In this document: positions 51,607 to 61,767 of the stretch, piece by piece
Numbering within the stretch: position 1 is the stretch's first letter
Layout of the letters: the number at the start of each line of letters is the position of its first letter
Source: Candidatus Oxydemutatoraceae bacterium
Lineage (GTDB): Bacteria > Pseudomonadota > Gammaproteobacteria > Poriferisulfidales > Oxydemutatoraceae
Length of the DNA: 64,000 nucleotides
Direction of reading: 5' to 3'
Assembly (NCBI GenBank): GCA_965218975.1
Contig: OZ244717.1
Location: forward strand, 1,600,001 to 1,664,000
Notes under the pieces: generated by a model
Database searches by the model: none
What the model was told of the DNA's origin: nothing
What the model saw: only the letters and a program-made list of their open reading frames with translations
Program-made: the position numbers and the translations under genes

Positions 51607-52127
51607 CAGAATACTCCCTGCAGAAGCATACTTGTCACCTCACGCCACTGCAACGGGTTGTGTAATCGGGTATCGCCCATTTCCATTACTTGAATTGTAT
51701 TGATTTGAAAATCCTTGGTAGATAAAACAATCTCCCCGATCATTTCGCGCTTACTCTTTTTGGGGAAATTTCCATATATCAAACTGATATGCGGCATATA
51801 ATGTGTCGCGGTCTGCGACAACAACTCGCAGGACAGATTATAAACTCCAGCCAAAGGTGATTGTAATTTAAGTTCAATGAATACACATTGGAAAAATTTC
51901 TTTCCTGATCTCAGTCGTTTGAACTTAGCCGAAAAAGGTGACGTTCGTTCGGCAATATCCCTTGCCGCATCACATACGACCGTTTCAATAGCGGATTTAC
52001 AACAATTTAAAGTAATATGCGGCGGAAAAACCGGTGTATCGTATCGTTCGGCGCAACGGATAATCCAAGCATTGATTTCGCGTCGCGTCTCCTTTGCCAG
52101 CCCTAGCCATAAGCAATAAGTATTCAT
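51606..52127 (-). CDS. 2H phosphoesterase (cyclic phosphodiesterase-like)
   Basis: Two HxT/S motifs: FPPHITL and YMPHISL. Confidence 0.8.
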   Translation of the reverse strand: MNTYCLWLGLAKETRREINAWIIRCAERYDTPVFPPHITLNCCKSAIETVVCDAARDIAERTSPFSAKFKRLRSGKKFFQCVFIELKLQSPLAGVYNLSCELLSQTATHYMPHISLIYGNFPKKSKREMIGEIVLSTKDFQINTIQVMEMGDTRLHNPLQWREVTSMLLQGVF

Positions 52128-52137
52128 TTAAAATCGC

Positions 52138-53535
52138 GTGTCCATGAACCAACATTTATTATTTCTAACCGGCAAACTTGCCAAACCTAGTTTGGAGAAA
52201 GTGCTTGCCGAATTAAAAACAGATTTTCAATACACTGTGCACGAACTGGGCTTAAGTGTCGCGGCGTTAATGACCACACAGATCATTATACGCCGTCTCA
52301 AAGAAACTTTCGGAGCGGACCGCATCATCTTACCGGGCAGATTTCGCGGTGATTTGGCGGTGCTGAGCGCACACTTCAATGTTCCTTTTGAACGAGGTCC
52401 CGAAGAGCTTAAGGATCTACCTGAATTTTTCGGCAAACAAAAAAAACAAATTGATTTAAGCAACTATGATCTTAAAATCTTCGGCGAAATTACCGAAGCG
52501 CCAAATATGACGCCCGAGCAAATTCTTACTCAAGCCCAAACATTTGCGGCGGACGGAGCGGATGTGATTGATCTCGGTTTTTTACCCGATACATCTTTTA
52601 ATCATCTGAAGGAAACAATTACGCTGTTAAAAGAACAAAATTTTCTGGTCAGCGTCGATACTCCCAATACCGATATACTTTTACAAGCGGGGCATTGGGG
52701 GGCGGATTATTTGTTGAGTCTCAACAGGCAAAATCTATGGATCGCCGATGAAGTGCCGGCAATTCCTATCTTAATTCCCGATTCGCCGGATAATAAATCG
52801 AGCTTATATCGCTGTATCGATCAATTATTGGAAAAACGACGCCCCTTTATTGCCGACCCCTTGCTCAGTCCGATACACCACGGTTTTACCGAGTCTATCG
52901 TCTCTTATCACCAACTCAGGCAACGCTATCCTGATATAGAAATGATGCTAGGCGTCGGCAACGTTACCGAGTTGACTCATGCCGACACCATAGGAATGAA
53001 CGCATTGTTACTTGGTATCGCTTCAGAAATCGGCATAAGGCATATCTTGACCACTCAAGTCAGCGAGCATTGCCGTAAAGCGATTAAAGAAGCTGATATT
53101 GCCAGACGGATTTTCTTTGCCGCCCGCCAAACCAATGCGACTCCCACCGGCATTGATAATCGCCTGATGGCAGTGCATGAAAGAAAGCCTTTTATTTATA
53201 GCGCCAAAGAAATCGCTTGTTTTGCCGAGCAAATTAAAGATCCCGGATTTCGTATCCAATTGAGCGCCAATGGAATCCATATTTACAATCGCGATATTCA
53301 TCAAGTCACAACCGACCCTTTTGACGCTTACCCTGATCTCGATGTATCCGCAGACGGCGGGCATGCTTTTTATTTAGGAGTTGAACTCGCGCGGGCGCAA
53401 ATTGCTTGGCAATTGGGTAAACGATATAATCAAGATGAAGAGCTGGCATGGGGATGCGCGCTAGAGAAAGAAGAAGAGGATATAACTCGCTTCAAAGAAG
53501 CAGGCACTACGCTTTTAGAAAAACGAAAAAGGTAA
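52138..53535 (+). CDS. dihydropteroate synthase-like protein of H4MPT biosynthesis (Orf20/DUF6513 type)
   Basis: LFLTGKLA, GADVIDLG, GVGNVTELT.AD, HAFYLGVELARA. Confidence 0.85.
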   Translation: MSMNQHLLFLTGKLAKPSLEKVLAELKTDFQYTVHELGLSVAALMTTQIIIRRLKETFGADRIILPGRFRGDLAVLSAHFNVPFERGPEELKDLPEFFGKQKKQIDLSNYDLKIFGEITEAPNMTPEQILTQAQTFAADGADVIDLGFLPDTSFNHLKETITLLKEQNFLVSVDTPNTDILLQAGHWGADYLLSLNRQNLWIADEVPAIPILIPDSPDNKSSLYRCIDQLLEKRRPFIADPLLSPIHHGFTESIVSYHQLRQRYPDIEMMLGVGNVTELTHADTIGMNALLLGIASEIGIRHILTTQVSEHCRKAIKEADIARRIFFAARQTNATPTGIDNRLMAVHERKPFIYSAKEIACFAEQIKDPGFRIQLSANGIHIYNRDIHQVTTDPFDAYPDLDVSADGGHAFYLGVELARAQIAWQLGKRYNQDEELAWGCALEKEEEDITRFKEAGTTLLEKRKR

Positions 53536-53589
53536 AAACAGTTTCATTAGAAAATAAATAGCAGCGAACGCGCATTATCTTCACAAGTT

Positions 53590-54150
53590 ATGATTCGGGA
53601 AACCATCGTTACCACACAAAATGAAAACGGCAGCACGCATATCGCTCCTATGGGCGTACATGTGCGCAAAGACAGTCTGATTCTCGCGCCTTTCAAACCT
53701 TCGACGACATTAAATAACCTTATACGCGAACGTGCCGCTGTAATCAATTACACCGCCGATGTACGTGTTTTTGCCGGATGTTTTACGGGTCGCCATCACT
53801 GGAAAATGATGCCGGCGAAAAAAATTTCCGGGGAACGGCTTGCTTCCACGCTCGCGCATAAAGAAGTCAACATCACATACATCGAACAAGATGAAATGCG
53901 CCCGCGCTTTCATTGTCAAACTATCCATAGCGAAATACACGCTCCTTTTGAAGGATTCAATCGCGCGCAAGCGGCAGTCATTGAACTCGCCATATTGGTC
54001 AGTCGATTAAATCGTCTGCCGCAAGAAAAAGTGGATCAAGAAATCGCTTATTTAAAGATTGCGCTTGATAAGACGGCCGGAGAAAATGAGCATACCGCAT
54101 GGCAATGGCTGATGAATAAAGTGGAACAATTCAAGCAATCAACGACATGA
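53590..54150 (+). CDS. DUF447 family protein (Orf19 type)
   Basis: MIRETIVTT..HIAPMG, GFNRAQAAVIE. Confidence 0.85.
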   Translation: MIRETIVTTQNENGSTHIAPMGVHVRKDSLILAPFKPSTTLNNLIRERAAVINYTADVRVFAGCFTGRHHWKMMPAKKISGERLASTLAHKEVNITYIEQDEMRPRFHCQTIHSEIHAPFEGFNRAQAAVIELAILVSRLNRLPQEKVDQEIAYLKIALDKTAGENEHTAWQWLMNKVEQFKQSTT

Positions 54151-54851
54151 CTCATTTACTCGCTAGCGTTCGCGACGCGGAAGAAGCACGCATCGCGCTA
54201 AAAGCTTCCATCGGTTTGTTGGATTTGAAAAATCCGGAAAATGGCGCATTAGGAGCGGTTGATATTGAAATTGTGCGTGAATGCGTCCCATTGACAAAAG
54301 GTATTTGCCCTATCAGTGCCACTATTGGCGATCTACCGCTTAATCCGGCTATGGCATTAGAAAAAATCGCAGCATTGGCAAAATGCGGTGTAGATTATAT
54401 TAAAGTCGGAATGTTCAACCCTGAGTATTTAACGACCTACCCGGCGGCATGTAAAAACTGTGCGGACAAAACCGCTTTAGTCGCGGTCTTATTTGCGGAT
54501 CGTTTCCCGGTATTCGAAGGGCCGGTGCGCTTGCTCGCACGAGCAGGCTTTACTGGCGTAATGTTGGATACCGCAGACAAAAAATCCGGAACGTTGTGTG
54601 ATTGTGTCTCTATCGAGCAACTGCAAGCTTTCGTCGAGCAAACCCGGCAACTATCATTACTTTGCGGTCTTGCCGGCTCATTGCGACAAGAAGACATCTC
54701 CAAACTGACGGCGCTCAAACCCGACTACCTCGGTTTCAGAACGGCTTTATGTAAAAACGAACAGCGTAACGGTAAACTGTCATTAACGGCGCTACAAACG
54801 TTGCTTAACCTGATGCCATCGGCGACCTGCCCGATAAAAGCGGCGTCATAG
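54147..54851 (+). CDS. mfnB: (5-formylfuran-3-yl)methyl phosphate synthase
   Basis: LLASV, DLKNP..GALGA, SATIGD, DYIKVG, MLDTADK, GLAGSL. Confidence 0.87.
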   Translation: MTHLLASVRDAEEARIALKASIGLLDLKNPENGALGAVDIEIVRECVPLTKGICPISATIGDLPLNPAMALEKIAALAKCGVDYIKVGMFNPEYLTTYPAACKNCADKTALVAVLFADRFPVFEGPVRLLARAGFTGVMLDTADKKSGTLCDCVSIEQLQAFVEQTRQLSLLCGLAGSLRQEDISKLTALKPDYLGFRTALCKNEQRNGKLSLTALQTLLNLMPSATCPIKAAS

Positions 54852-54869
54852 CAAAGCAACAATATTCAA

Positions 54870-56273
54870 TCACGCAACCCAATGTTTGTACGGAGCTGTA
54901 GATTGATGGTTTAATAATAGAAATAGGGACGAAACTTTATCTAACGTTTCCTGATATTCATCTAAACCGTCAGAATCTGCCACAATCCCACCGCCACCAT
55001 AAAAGCTAAACCGATCGCCCTGACGTACCGCGGTGCGGATTGCGACATTCAAATCCATATCTCCATGCCGACTTAAATAACCAATTGCGCCACAGTAAAC
55101 ATTGCGCCGGTCTGGTTCCAATTCTTCAATAATCTGCATCGCCCGCACTTTAGGCGCTCCGGTAATCGACCCGCCCGGAAAGCAACCTTCAAGTAAATCT
55201 AACGCATCCTTATCGGCACGTAAATCGCCTTCAATTGTGCTGACCAAATGATGCACATTAGCGAATGTTTCAACGTCAAAAAGATTGCTTACATGTACCG
55301 ATGAAAAACGACAATTTTTACTGATATCATTCCGAATCAAGTCGACAATCATCAGATTTTCGGCACGGTCTTTATGACTATTTTTTAATTCCACAATTTG
55401 TTGATAATCGGAGTCGAAGTTCTGTAAACGCGGACGCGTTCCTTTGATCGGTTTGGTAATGATATGCCCGGCTTTGATTTGTAAAAACCTTTCGGGAGAA
55501 ATACTCAACACCTGAAAATCATCGAAATTGATATAGGCTGAAAACGGCGCGGCATTCAGCTGTCGAAGGCGCCGATATGCTTGCCAAGAATCCCCTTCCA
55601 CCAGTACTGAAAACTTCTGAGCAAGATTTACTTGATAACAATCGCCGGCATATATGTAGTCGATCACTTGATTAAATTTGTCCAAATAAGCTTGCTTACT
55701 CATATTACAAACCGGTTTGCTTATCACTCGAAACGGATGCACGCTACGTTTAGTTCGATGATTAACAAGCATCTCATAAACGGCATTAAAATCTATATTT
55801 TTATCGTGCACGTCACGCAAGCCGATAAATGTGGTTTGTCGCGCGGCATGATCTACGATAACCGCCCAATCATAAATCCCTAATTGCATCTCCGGAAGTA
55901 AATCCCCACTATGCTTGCTATCAGGCAAGTCTTCAAATCGCCGCCCGAGATCATAGCCAAAATAGCCGATTGCACCGGTTAAAAACGGATAAGTTTCAAG
56001 AGTTTTCAGCGGCGTAAGATAAGCTCTAACCACATGTAAAGGGTTGCCTGTGTATCGTTCTTCCGAACCTGCCGCACCTCGTACTGTCGTCCTACCGTAT
56101 TGACTGCTAATAATTACCCGCGGCAATGCCGCCAAAATGTCGAACCGCCCGCAGCTGCCGCCCAAACAATTACTATCTAAAAAAACCGCTCCCGACAAAT
56201 TCGCGATACGATCAAACAGTTGAGCGCTATCTTGTTCATATCGCAATCGTTTGATGAATACTTTCTGTTCCAT
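54870..56273 (-). CDS. pabB: aminodeoxychorismate synthase component I
   Basis: GDCYQVNL, SPERFL, KPIKGTRPR, AENLMIVDL, FPGGSITGAPK. Confidence 0.93.
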   Translation of the reverse strand: MEQKVFIKRLRYEQDSAQLFDRIANLSGAVFLDSNCLGGSCGRFDILAALPRVIISSQYGRTTVRGAAGSEERYTGNPLHVVRAYLTPLKTLETYPFLTGAIGYFGYDLGRRFEDLPDSKHSGDLLPEMQLGIYDWAVIVDHAARQTTFIGLRDVHDKNIDFNAVYEMLVNHRTKRSVHPFRVISKPVCNMSKQAYLDKFNQVIDYIYAGDCYQVNLAQKFSVLVEGDSWQAYRRLRQLNAAPFSAYINFDDFQVLSISPERFLQIKAGHIITKPIKGTRPRLQNFDSDYQQIVELKNSHKDRAENLMIVDLIRNDISKNCRFSSVHVSNLFDVETFANVHHLVSTIEGDLRADKDALDLLEGCFPGGSITGAPKVRAMQIIEELEPDRRNVYCGAIGYLSRHGDMDLNVAIRTAVRQGDRFSFYGGGGIVADSDGLDEYQETLDKVSSLFLLLNHQSTAPYKHWVA

Positions 56274-56391
56274 AGCCCTTATTTATCACCTATAACACTA
56301 TGATTAGTAACAATATATCATTACTTGCAGTCCGATTCTTATACTCTCTATCGTCATTTTTCTTCAAGGAAAAGTATTGACTGATGTATGC

Positions 56392-57459
56392 CTATAAGAT
56401 GCGTTTCAAACGATCATTGCAGTATTTCCGGTATAACATCCAAGCGAGTGCAAGCGCCGATGCATAGTCGGTCGCATGATGATCCTTTGCCGCATACAAC
56501 GTGGCAAAATCAAGATATGGCGCTGCCGAAATTGATGCAATTTCCTTGACTAAAAAATTACCGACGCCCGCGCCTACTAGCGTTGTATGATTTAAACGAT
56601 ATTTGGCGCATAGATCGCGATAAGCATGCACGATCTTTATTTGTTGTTGATTGGCAATATGCTCTGCCAAGCGCAACCATATATCCGGACTTCCTGAGAA
56701 ATCATCACCAAACATCCGCGCAAAGCGCGAGATACTTTCAGTGATATTCTTACCTTTTCCATCACAACTCGGATATTGATCCGCATCCGCGGGCAACTTT
56801 TTAAGCAAACGGTACATATCTGCGGCATTAGCAAAATGTTCGGCGACAATCGGAAACTGTCGTCCGTTGATTTCAGCAGCTGAAGCAATCGCCATAATCG
56901 GAGTGCGTACAACACCGGTATATACCAATGTGCCCGACATTAGCCTTGCTCTATCATTCCAATCTTTTGTGCTCGCCACCTCCAATACTTTGCCATCGGA
57001 AAACGGCGCAAGGTCGGTGGTAGTACTGCCGATATCAATCAAAACGCCTTGAGCAAGATATGCCGCGGCGCATGTTGCGGTCGCATGCCAATTACTTGAA
57101 GCAACCGCCATTGGCATTTTTCGCGCAACCACGTTATCCACTAGTCCTTGATTTCCGGCATATACCCAAAACGGTTGCTGCAACAAATTACCGATGATTG
57201 TTAGAATCTTTGTTACCCCTTCATAACGACTATCGAAACAATCTGCCATCTCTCCGGTCATTGTCACTGCATGATAAATTGTATGATTCGTCGGAACATT
57301 CATTGCAGTATATGCTTGAGGAAATGCGGTGATTAATTTATCTACTCCGCGCCAAAGAGGACATGGGCATTGAATGCTTGCGACCATTTTTCCCGCACCA
57401 TTCAAACATGCTGCTTTGAGGTGCGCGCCACCGATATCCCAACCGATATAATTGTTCAC
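56392..57459 (-). CDS. hydantoinase/oxoprolinase-like C1 pathway protein (MfnF/Orf9 type)
   Basis: GWDIGGAHLK, VTMTGEMADCF, SNWHA, IDIGSTTTD, YTGVVRTP. Confidence 0.85.
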   Translation of the reverse strand: MNNYIGWDIGGAHLKAACLNGAGKMVASIQCPCPLWRGVDKLITAFPQAYTAMNVPTNHTIYHAVTMTGEMADCFDSRYEGVTKILTIIGNLLQQPFWVYAGNQGLVDNVVARKMPMAVASSNWHATATCAAAYLAQGVLIDIGSTTTDLAPFSDGKVLEVASTKDWNDRARLMSGTLVYTGVVRTPIMAIASAAEINGRQFPIVAEHFANAADMYRLLKKLPADADQYPSCDGKGKNITESISRFARMFGDDFSGSPDIWLRLAEHIANQQQIKIVHAYRDLCAKYRLNHTTLVGAGVGNFLVKEIASISAAPYLDFATLYAAKDHHATDYASALALAWMLYRKYCNDRLKRIL

Positions 57460-58445
57460 GATGCCGGCGTTATTTGTTGAGCGAGCGAGAAAATTAACTT
57501 TGCCGGATTAATGTTAATTGCATCCGATAATCCGATATAGGACAACGTCAAACGTGGATTGATTTCTAAGACCGATAGTGACCCCCGATGCACCAAAAAA
57601 TCAATTCCAACATAACCTGCAAGCCCGGGAATTGCGTAACTAATGTCTTGGGAGAGTTGTTCAAGATACAACCCGTCCCGATCTAGTTCATTTGCTTTGC
57701 AGCCACGTAACAATATCGTGCTTTCTTTGCGCTCGATACATTGTATGTTCGCCGATAATAGATGCGCCTGCGATGGATGGTACACGACACTTAAGCTTGC
57801 CGCTTGTCCGGATAAATAAGGTTGTACAACATAACGTGCCATTCCTTGTGACGAATCGGACAACCACACTGAGCGATTATTTATTCTTTCTGCGGTCAAG
57901 CGCGCCAATTGCTGCGGCGTTTCAATGATATATTGCCCTTCACAACCGATTCCATCGTCCGGTTTCAATATGATTGGAAATGAAAAAGGAATATCTTCCG
58001 CGGACATTTCTTGCTCCCATAGCCGGGTTTCAACACAGCGAATTCCGGCTTGTTGCAAAGCTTTCACGGTTAGCAGCTTGCTTGAGGCAATTGAAACCGC
58101 ACTTGAACCGCTGCTCAGCAGAGTACAAGCTTTCCGTTCGGATAGCTGGCATAGACGTAGAAGCTCGCCATTCGTTTCCGGAGCGATAGGTATGAATGCA
58201 TCGCAACGCACCAACAATTCTTCTAATACCGAAAAATAATCATCCGTTTGTACCGGCACAACCGTTGCCGCAAAATCTACCGGCGCTAAGCGCCGATCGC
58301 GTATCAATATCAACTCTGCTTGCGGAATTTCCTGCAAATCTCTACCCAGCGCGTTCAGCATCCGATCTCCTTCTTTACGTAAACTAACGGGTGGTAGTAC
58401 TTCCGGCGCACTGCCGGTAAAATACTCAAATAACAGAATCTTCAT
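57456..58445 (-). CDS. ATP-grasp ligase (MfnD-like)
   Basis: EG..ML.AL, IAPETNG.L, KPDDGIGC, GYVGIDF, EINPRLT. Confidence 0.83.
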   Translation of the reverse strand: MKILLFEYFTGSAPEVLPPVSLRKEGDRMLNALGRDLQEIPQAELILIRDRRLAPVDFAATVVPVQTDDYFSVLEELLVRCDAFIPIAPETNGELLRLCQLSERKACTLLSSGSSAVSIASSKLLTVKALQQAGIRCVETRLWEQEMSAEDIPFSFPIILKPDDGIGCEGQYIIETPQQLARLTAERINNRSVWLSDSSQGMARYVVQPYLSGQAASLSVVYHPSQAHLLSANIQCIERKESTILLRGCKANELDRDGLYLEQLSQDISYAIPGLAGYVGIDFLVHRGSLSVLEINPRLTLSYIGLSDAININPAKLIFSLAQQITPAS

Positions 58446-58456
58446 TTGAACGTTTT

Positions 58457-59152
58457 ATGCTAAAGCTAATACCTGCAATTGATCTTAAAAATGGTTGGGT
58501 CGTCCGCGCTAACGCCGGCGAGCGAAAAAGCTATCGCCCGTTAGCGACACCCCTGTTTCCTTCCGCTATTCCAAAAAAAGTATTGGAATTCTTATACCGG
58601 CGCTTGCAATTTCGCACATTTTATTTTGCTGACCTAGACGCCATTATGCAGACAGGAAACAATCAAAAAATCATACTTAAATTTCTCGAAACTCACACGG
58701 ATACTGTCTGTTGGGTAGATGCGGGGGTCCGCCGACAACACGACTACCTGCAATTAAAGAAATTGCATCCCAATATAATACCAATTATACCGACAGAAAC
58801 ATTGTGCGACATCGCTTTGTTAAAAACAGCTGCCGGCGACAATTATATTTTGTCACTTGATTTCAGAAATCATCGCTTACTAGGCATAAGAGAAATTTTA
58901 GAACAATACGATGATTGGCCAAAGACAGTTATCGCGCTATCACTAGATGCGATCGGCAGCAATACGCCTGACTTTACAGTACTCAATCAAGCACTCCGGC
59001 ATCAACGGCAAAACCGCCGCAAAAACGAGCTAAAACGGCAAGTATTTTTTGGCGGCGGAGTACGCAATGGCGAGGACTTGCGAACCATCCGCAAAGCAGG
59101 CGCTGCCGGCGTGCTAATTGCGGCTGCGTTGTACGACGGTGTACTGCCCTAA
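58457..59152 (+). CDS. HisA/HisF-like TIM barrel protein (Orf17 type)
   Basis: IPAIDLKNG.VV, YFADLDAI, WVDAG, GGGVR. Confidence 0.85.
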   Translation: MLKLIPAIDLKNGWVVRANAGERKSYRPLATPLFPSAIPKKVLEFLYRRLQFRTFYFADLDAIMQTGNNQKIILKFLETHTDTVCWVDAGVRRQHDYLQLKKLHPNIIPIIPTETLCDIALLKTAAGDNYILSLDFRNHRLLGIREILEQYDDWPKTVIALSLDAIGSNTPDFTVLNQALRHQRQNRRKNELKRQVFFGGGVRNGEDLRTIRKAGAAGVLIAAALYDGVLP

Positions 59153-59183
59153 AAGGTCGCCAATAAAGCAAAGCGGAGAGAAT

Positions 59184-60449
59184 TTACGAGCGCCGCTCGC
59201 CACCTCGCACGATGCGCAACGGCAGACTTTGCTCTCCTTGACGAATTTGCCGCCGCCATCGCGATTGGCCTAGCTGCCGATTCTGAAAGTGAGAAGGTTT
59301 AATTTTGTCACCACTCTCCTGTAGCTCGTCCAGTGACGGACCTGCGAAGCAACAATAGGATTGCGCGGTTTCATAAATCTGCAACTCATTCAGATTCGGC
59401 AAATAATGAATGAGCCGCTCCCAAATAAACAAACTAATGTGTTCCGTACTCGAACGCCATGCTAAGGACGGGTCTGCAAGATTTAGGCTCTGATGGTCCA
59501 ACTGTTTAATAACCTCTCGCTCCACCACTGATTTCAGATAGCCATAATCAACGACAAATCCGGTTTGCGGATCAATTCGATCATGTACTTTGACAATCAA
59601 ATCGTATCGCCCGCCATGTAGATTGGAACATTTGCCGGGGTGGTCGGTAATAAAGTGTGCGCAATCAAATGTCAACTGTTTCGCGACTGTTGCTTGCGGT
59701 TGAGGGGAATAATAACGCTCCGACACGCCCGGAATATCTTCAATCTGAGGCTTTAAAATATTCAATAGCGTCCTTGAATCATTACGCATCAAAGTCCGCA
59801 GTATATATTGCCTGCCTTGTCCGTTCAGCAACCGGAATCGGATACCGAAATACCGCTCGAAAATTTCTTGCAGACGCTCGGCAATAGTTTGATCATTGAC
59901 TGTGAAAAAAACATAACCGCCGTAAAAAGCGCTGCTTGCCGCAAGCAGAATTGCGCTAAAAAGCAACCATTCGCTCACACTCCAATCTTGAGTAATCGAT
60001 TCGCTCTCGGCTGTGGCATTTTGCCGCCTTGCTTTTAGATGGTTCAATGCAACGACTCGATGCGTCGTGCGATTGAATATGTATTCCTGCCGAAATTGAA
60101 ATCCGAACGGCTGCAAACGTTCCTTCAAATAGAGCAGTTGGTCCAATTGTCGAACTTCCCCCGCAATATAACAAAACAAATCATCGTGTTTCAATTTCCC
60201 GGCGAATTGTAAAGCGGTGAAAATAATCCTCGCCTCACGTGTGACGGCGCCACAGTGAGCATAACCGTCTATCGATTCCTGTTGGTTGATTAGTTCATGC
60301 GCAACAAGCACGTCAAGCGACAAACTATAACGCAACGCATATTCCTGCAGGGTCAAACCCGAACACCGAAGCAAATGTTTGTTGTCAAGCGGTTTCACCG
60401 ATTGACCGCATTCCAAACACTGCATAGAAACCTCCCAAAGTTCCGGCAC
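59184..60449 (-). CDS. fusion: Zn-finger + LAGLIDADG-like region + QueD/PTPS domain
   Basis: N-terminal CLECG..HL..LTLQEY; C-terminal FDCAHF..CSNLHGG, GFVVDY, LDHQSLN, STEH, YETAQS. Confidence 0.75.
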   Translation of the reverse strand: MPELWEVSMQCLECGQSVKPLDNKHLLRCSGLTLQEYALRYSLSLDVLVAHELINQQESIDGYAHCGAVTREARIIFTALQFAGKLKHDDLFCYIAGEVRQLDQLLYLKERLQPFGFQFRQEYIFNRTTHRVVALNHLKARRQNATAESESITQDWSVSEWLLFSAILLAASSAFYGGYVFFTVNDQTIAERLQEIFERYFGIRFRLLNGQGRQYILRTLMRNDSRTLLNILKPQIEDIPGVSERYYSPQPQATVAKQLTFDCAHFITDHPGKCSNLHGGRYDLIVKVHDRIDPQTGFVVDYGYLKSVVEREVIKQLDHQSLNLADPSLAWRSSTEHISLFIWERLIHYLPNLNELQIYETAQSYCCFAGPSLDELQESGDKIKPSHFQNRQLGQSRWRRQIRQGEQSLPLRIVRGGERRS

Positions 60450-60612
60450 AAGCTGCTATTTTACCGCATCCTGAGAAAAGCCAACCTCTATCATAGTCCC
60501 ACCGCAAGCAGAATTTACCCCATTGCGCTCTAAAGAACCTAACTGCCGAACACAAAATGCATCAAATCAAAAGATCCATGCTAAAGTATACCCATAAAGC
60601 ACTTTTAACAAA

Positions 60613-61692
60613 GTGCTGCAACCGAACCGGAATACCGATGCGCCATGCTTCGGTGGAGCAACCGTGCCCACGGTTGCTTTTATCTTTGAGGCCAAACAAA
60701 TACAAATGAAAAGATACCTTGTATATCATTCCACCATCCGACGGTCCAACGGTTTAGACCATGAAATCGCCAACTTAATGTGTTTTCTGAGAGAGGCATT
60801 TCTTTTAAATAGAATTCCTGTAATTACAAAACCAAACCTTCATAAAAGAAATAATCTTGACTATTCCACCGAACATATGGACTGGGATATGTTTATTGAT
60901 TTAGATTATGAAAAGAAAATAATTAAACTAAAACGCAAAGAAATGGAAATAATCGGATTAAAAGAATTCGGAGGACTAAAGTTTAAAAAAGAGCAAATAG
61001 CTAAAGTGGGACCTAAACAAAAAGTGCCCGAAGAAGTTAAAGATAAACCTTTAGTTATTCGTTATGTTAACACTTCGCTATGGAAAAAGTCTCAATACCG
61101 CAATCTGCACACCATTCAACTTGGCGATGCAGAGCCTTCTGCTTATGTTCAAAAAATTGGCAATACTGTGGTTGAAAATCTACCACAAGATTTTGTATAT
61201 CTGCATATAAGAAGAGAAGACCGGCTTTATAAGAATAACAAACCACATCTCAAAATTTTTACATCGCCCTTTTATGTCAAAATCTTCCTAAATTCATATA
61301 TCGGCAAAGGCCGGGATATATATTTAGGCACAGACGAAAAAGATCGCAACTTCTTTGATAATTTAAACAAGGATTATCAAATAATCACTTATAGAAATTA
61401 TCCTCAACTTAAAAAACTTATCAGCGCGGAAGATAATAATAAACCAAACAATTACTTGCTTTATACTATAGAAAGGTATATTGGTAAGAAGAGTTCCCTC
61501 AAAATAGAAACCACCAAAAAACTTGCAATCAAAAACGGCATTGAACTTGAACTTTGTCCCGAATACATGAGAAAAATATTTCCTTTCCTTCGAAACAACA
61601 GATTGGGGGAAATAATCATTGCAACCTTGGGTTATGTACACCTATTATTCCTTTTACTAAAATATCCATTTCGTCAAAAACCTAAAGTTTGA
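60613..61692 (+). CDS. putative fucosyltransferase-like glycosyltransferase (start probably MKRYLV, ~60706)
   Basis: NGLDH, FVYLHIRRED, IYLGTDE resemble O-fucosyltransferase/NodZ motifs; AT-rich. Confidence 0.55.
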   Translation: MLQPNRNTDAPCFGGATVPTVAFIFEAKQIQMKRYLVYHSTIRRSNGLDHEIANLMCFLREAFLLNRIPVITKPNLHKRNNLDYSTEHMDWDMFIDLDYEKKIIKLKRKEMEIIGLKEFGGLKFKKEQIAKVGPKQKVPEEVKDKPLVIRYVNTSLWKKSQYRNLHTIQLGDAEPSAYVQKIGNTVVENLPQDFVYLHIRREDRLYKNNKPHLKIFTSPFYVKIFLNSYIGKGRDIYLGTDEKDRNFFDNLNKDYQIITYRNYPQLKKLISAEDNNKPNNYLLYTIERYIGKKSSLKIETTKKLAIKNGIELELCPEYMRKIFPFLRNNRLGEIIIATLGYVHLLFLLLKYPFRQKPKV

Positions 61693-61767
61693 CATCCTTT
61701 ACCGGAAATTGCCATCACAATGCAGCCATTAGAAAAACTGTAACTTTTTAATCAATCCCAACTTCTC

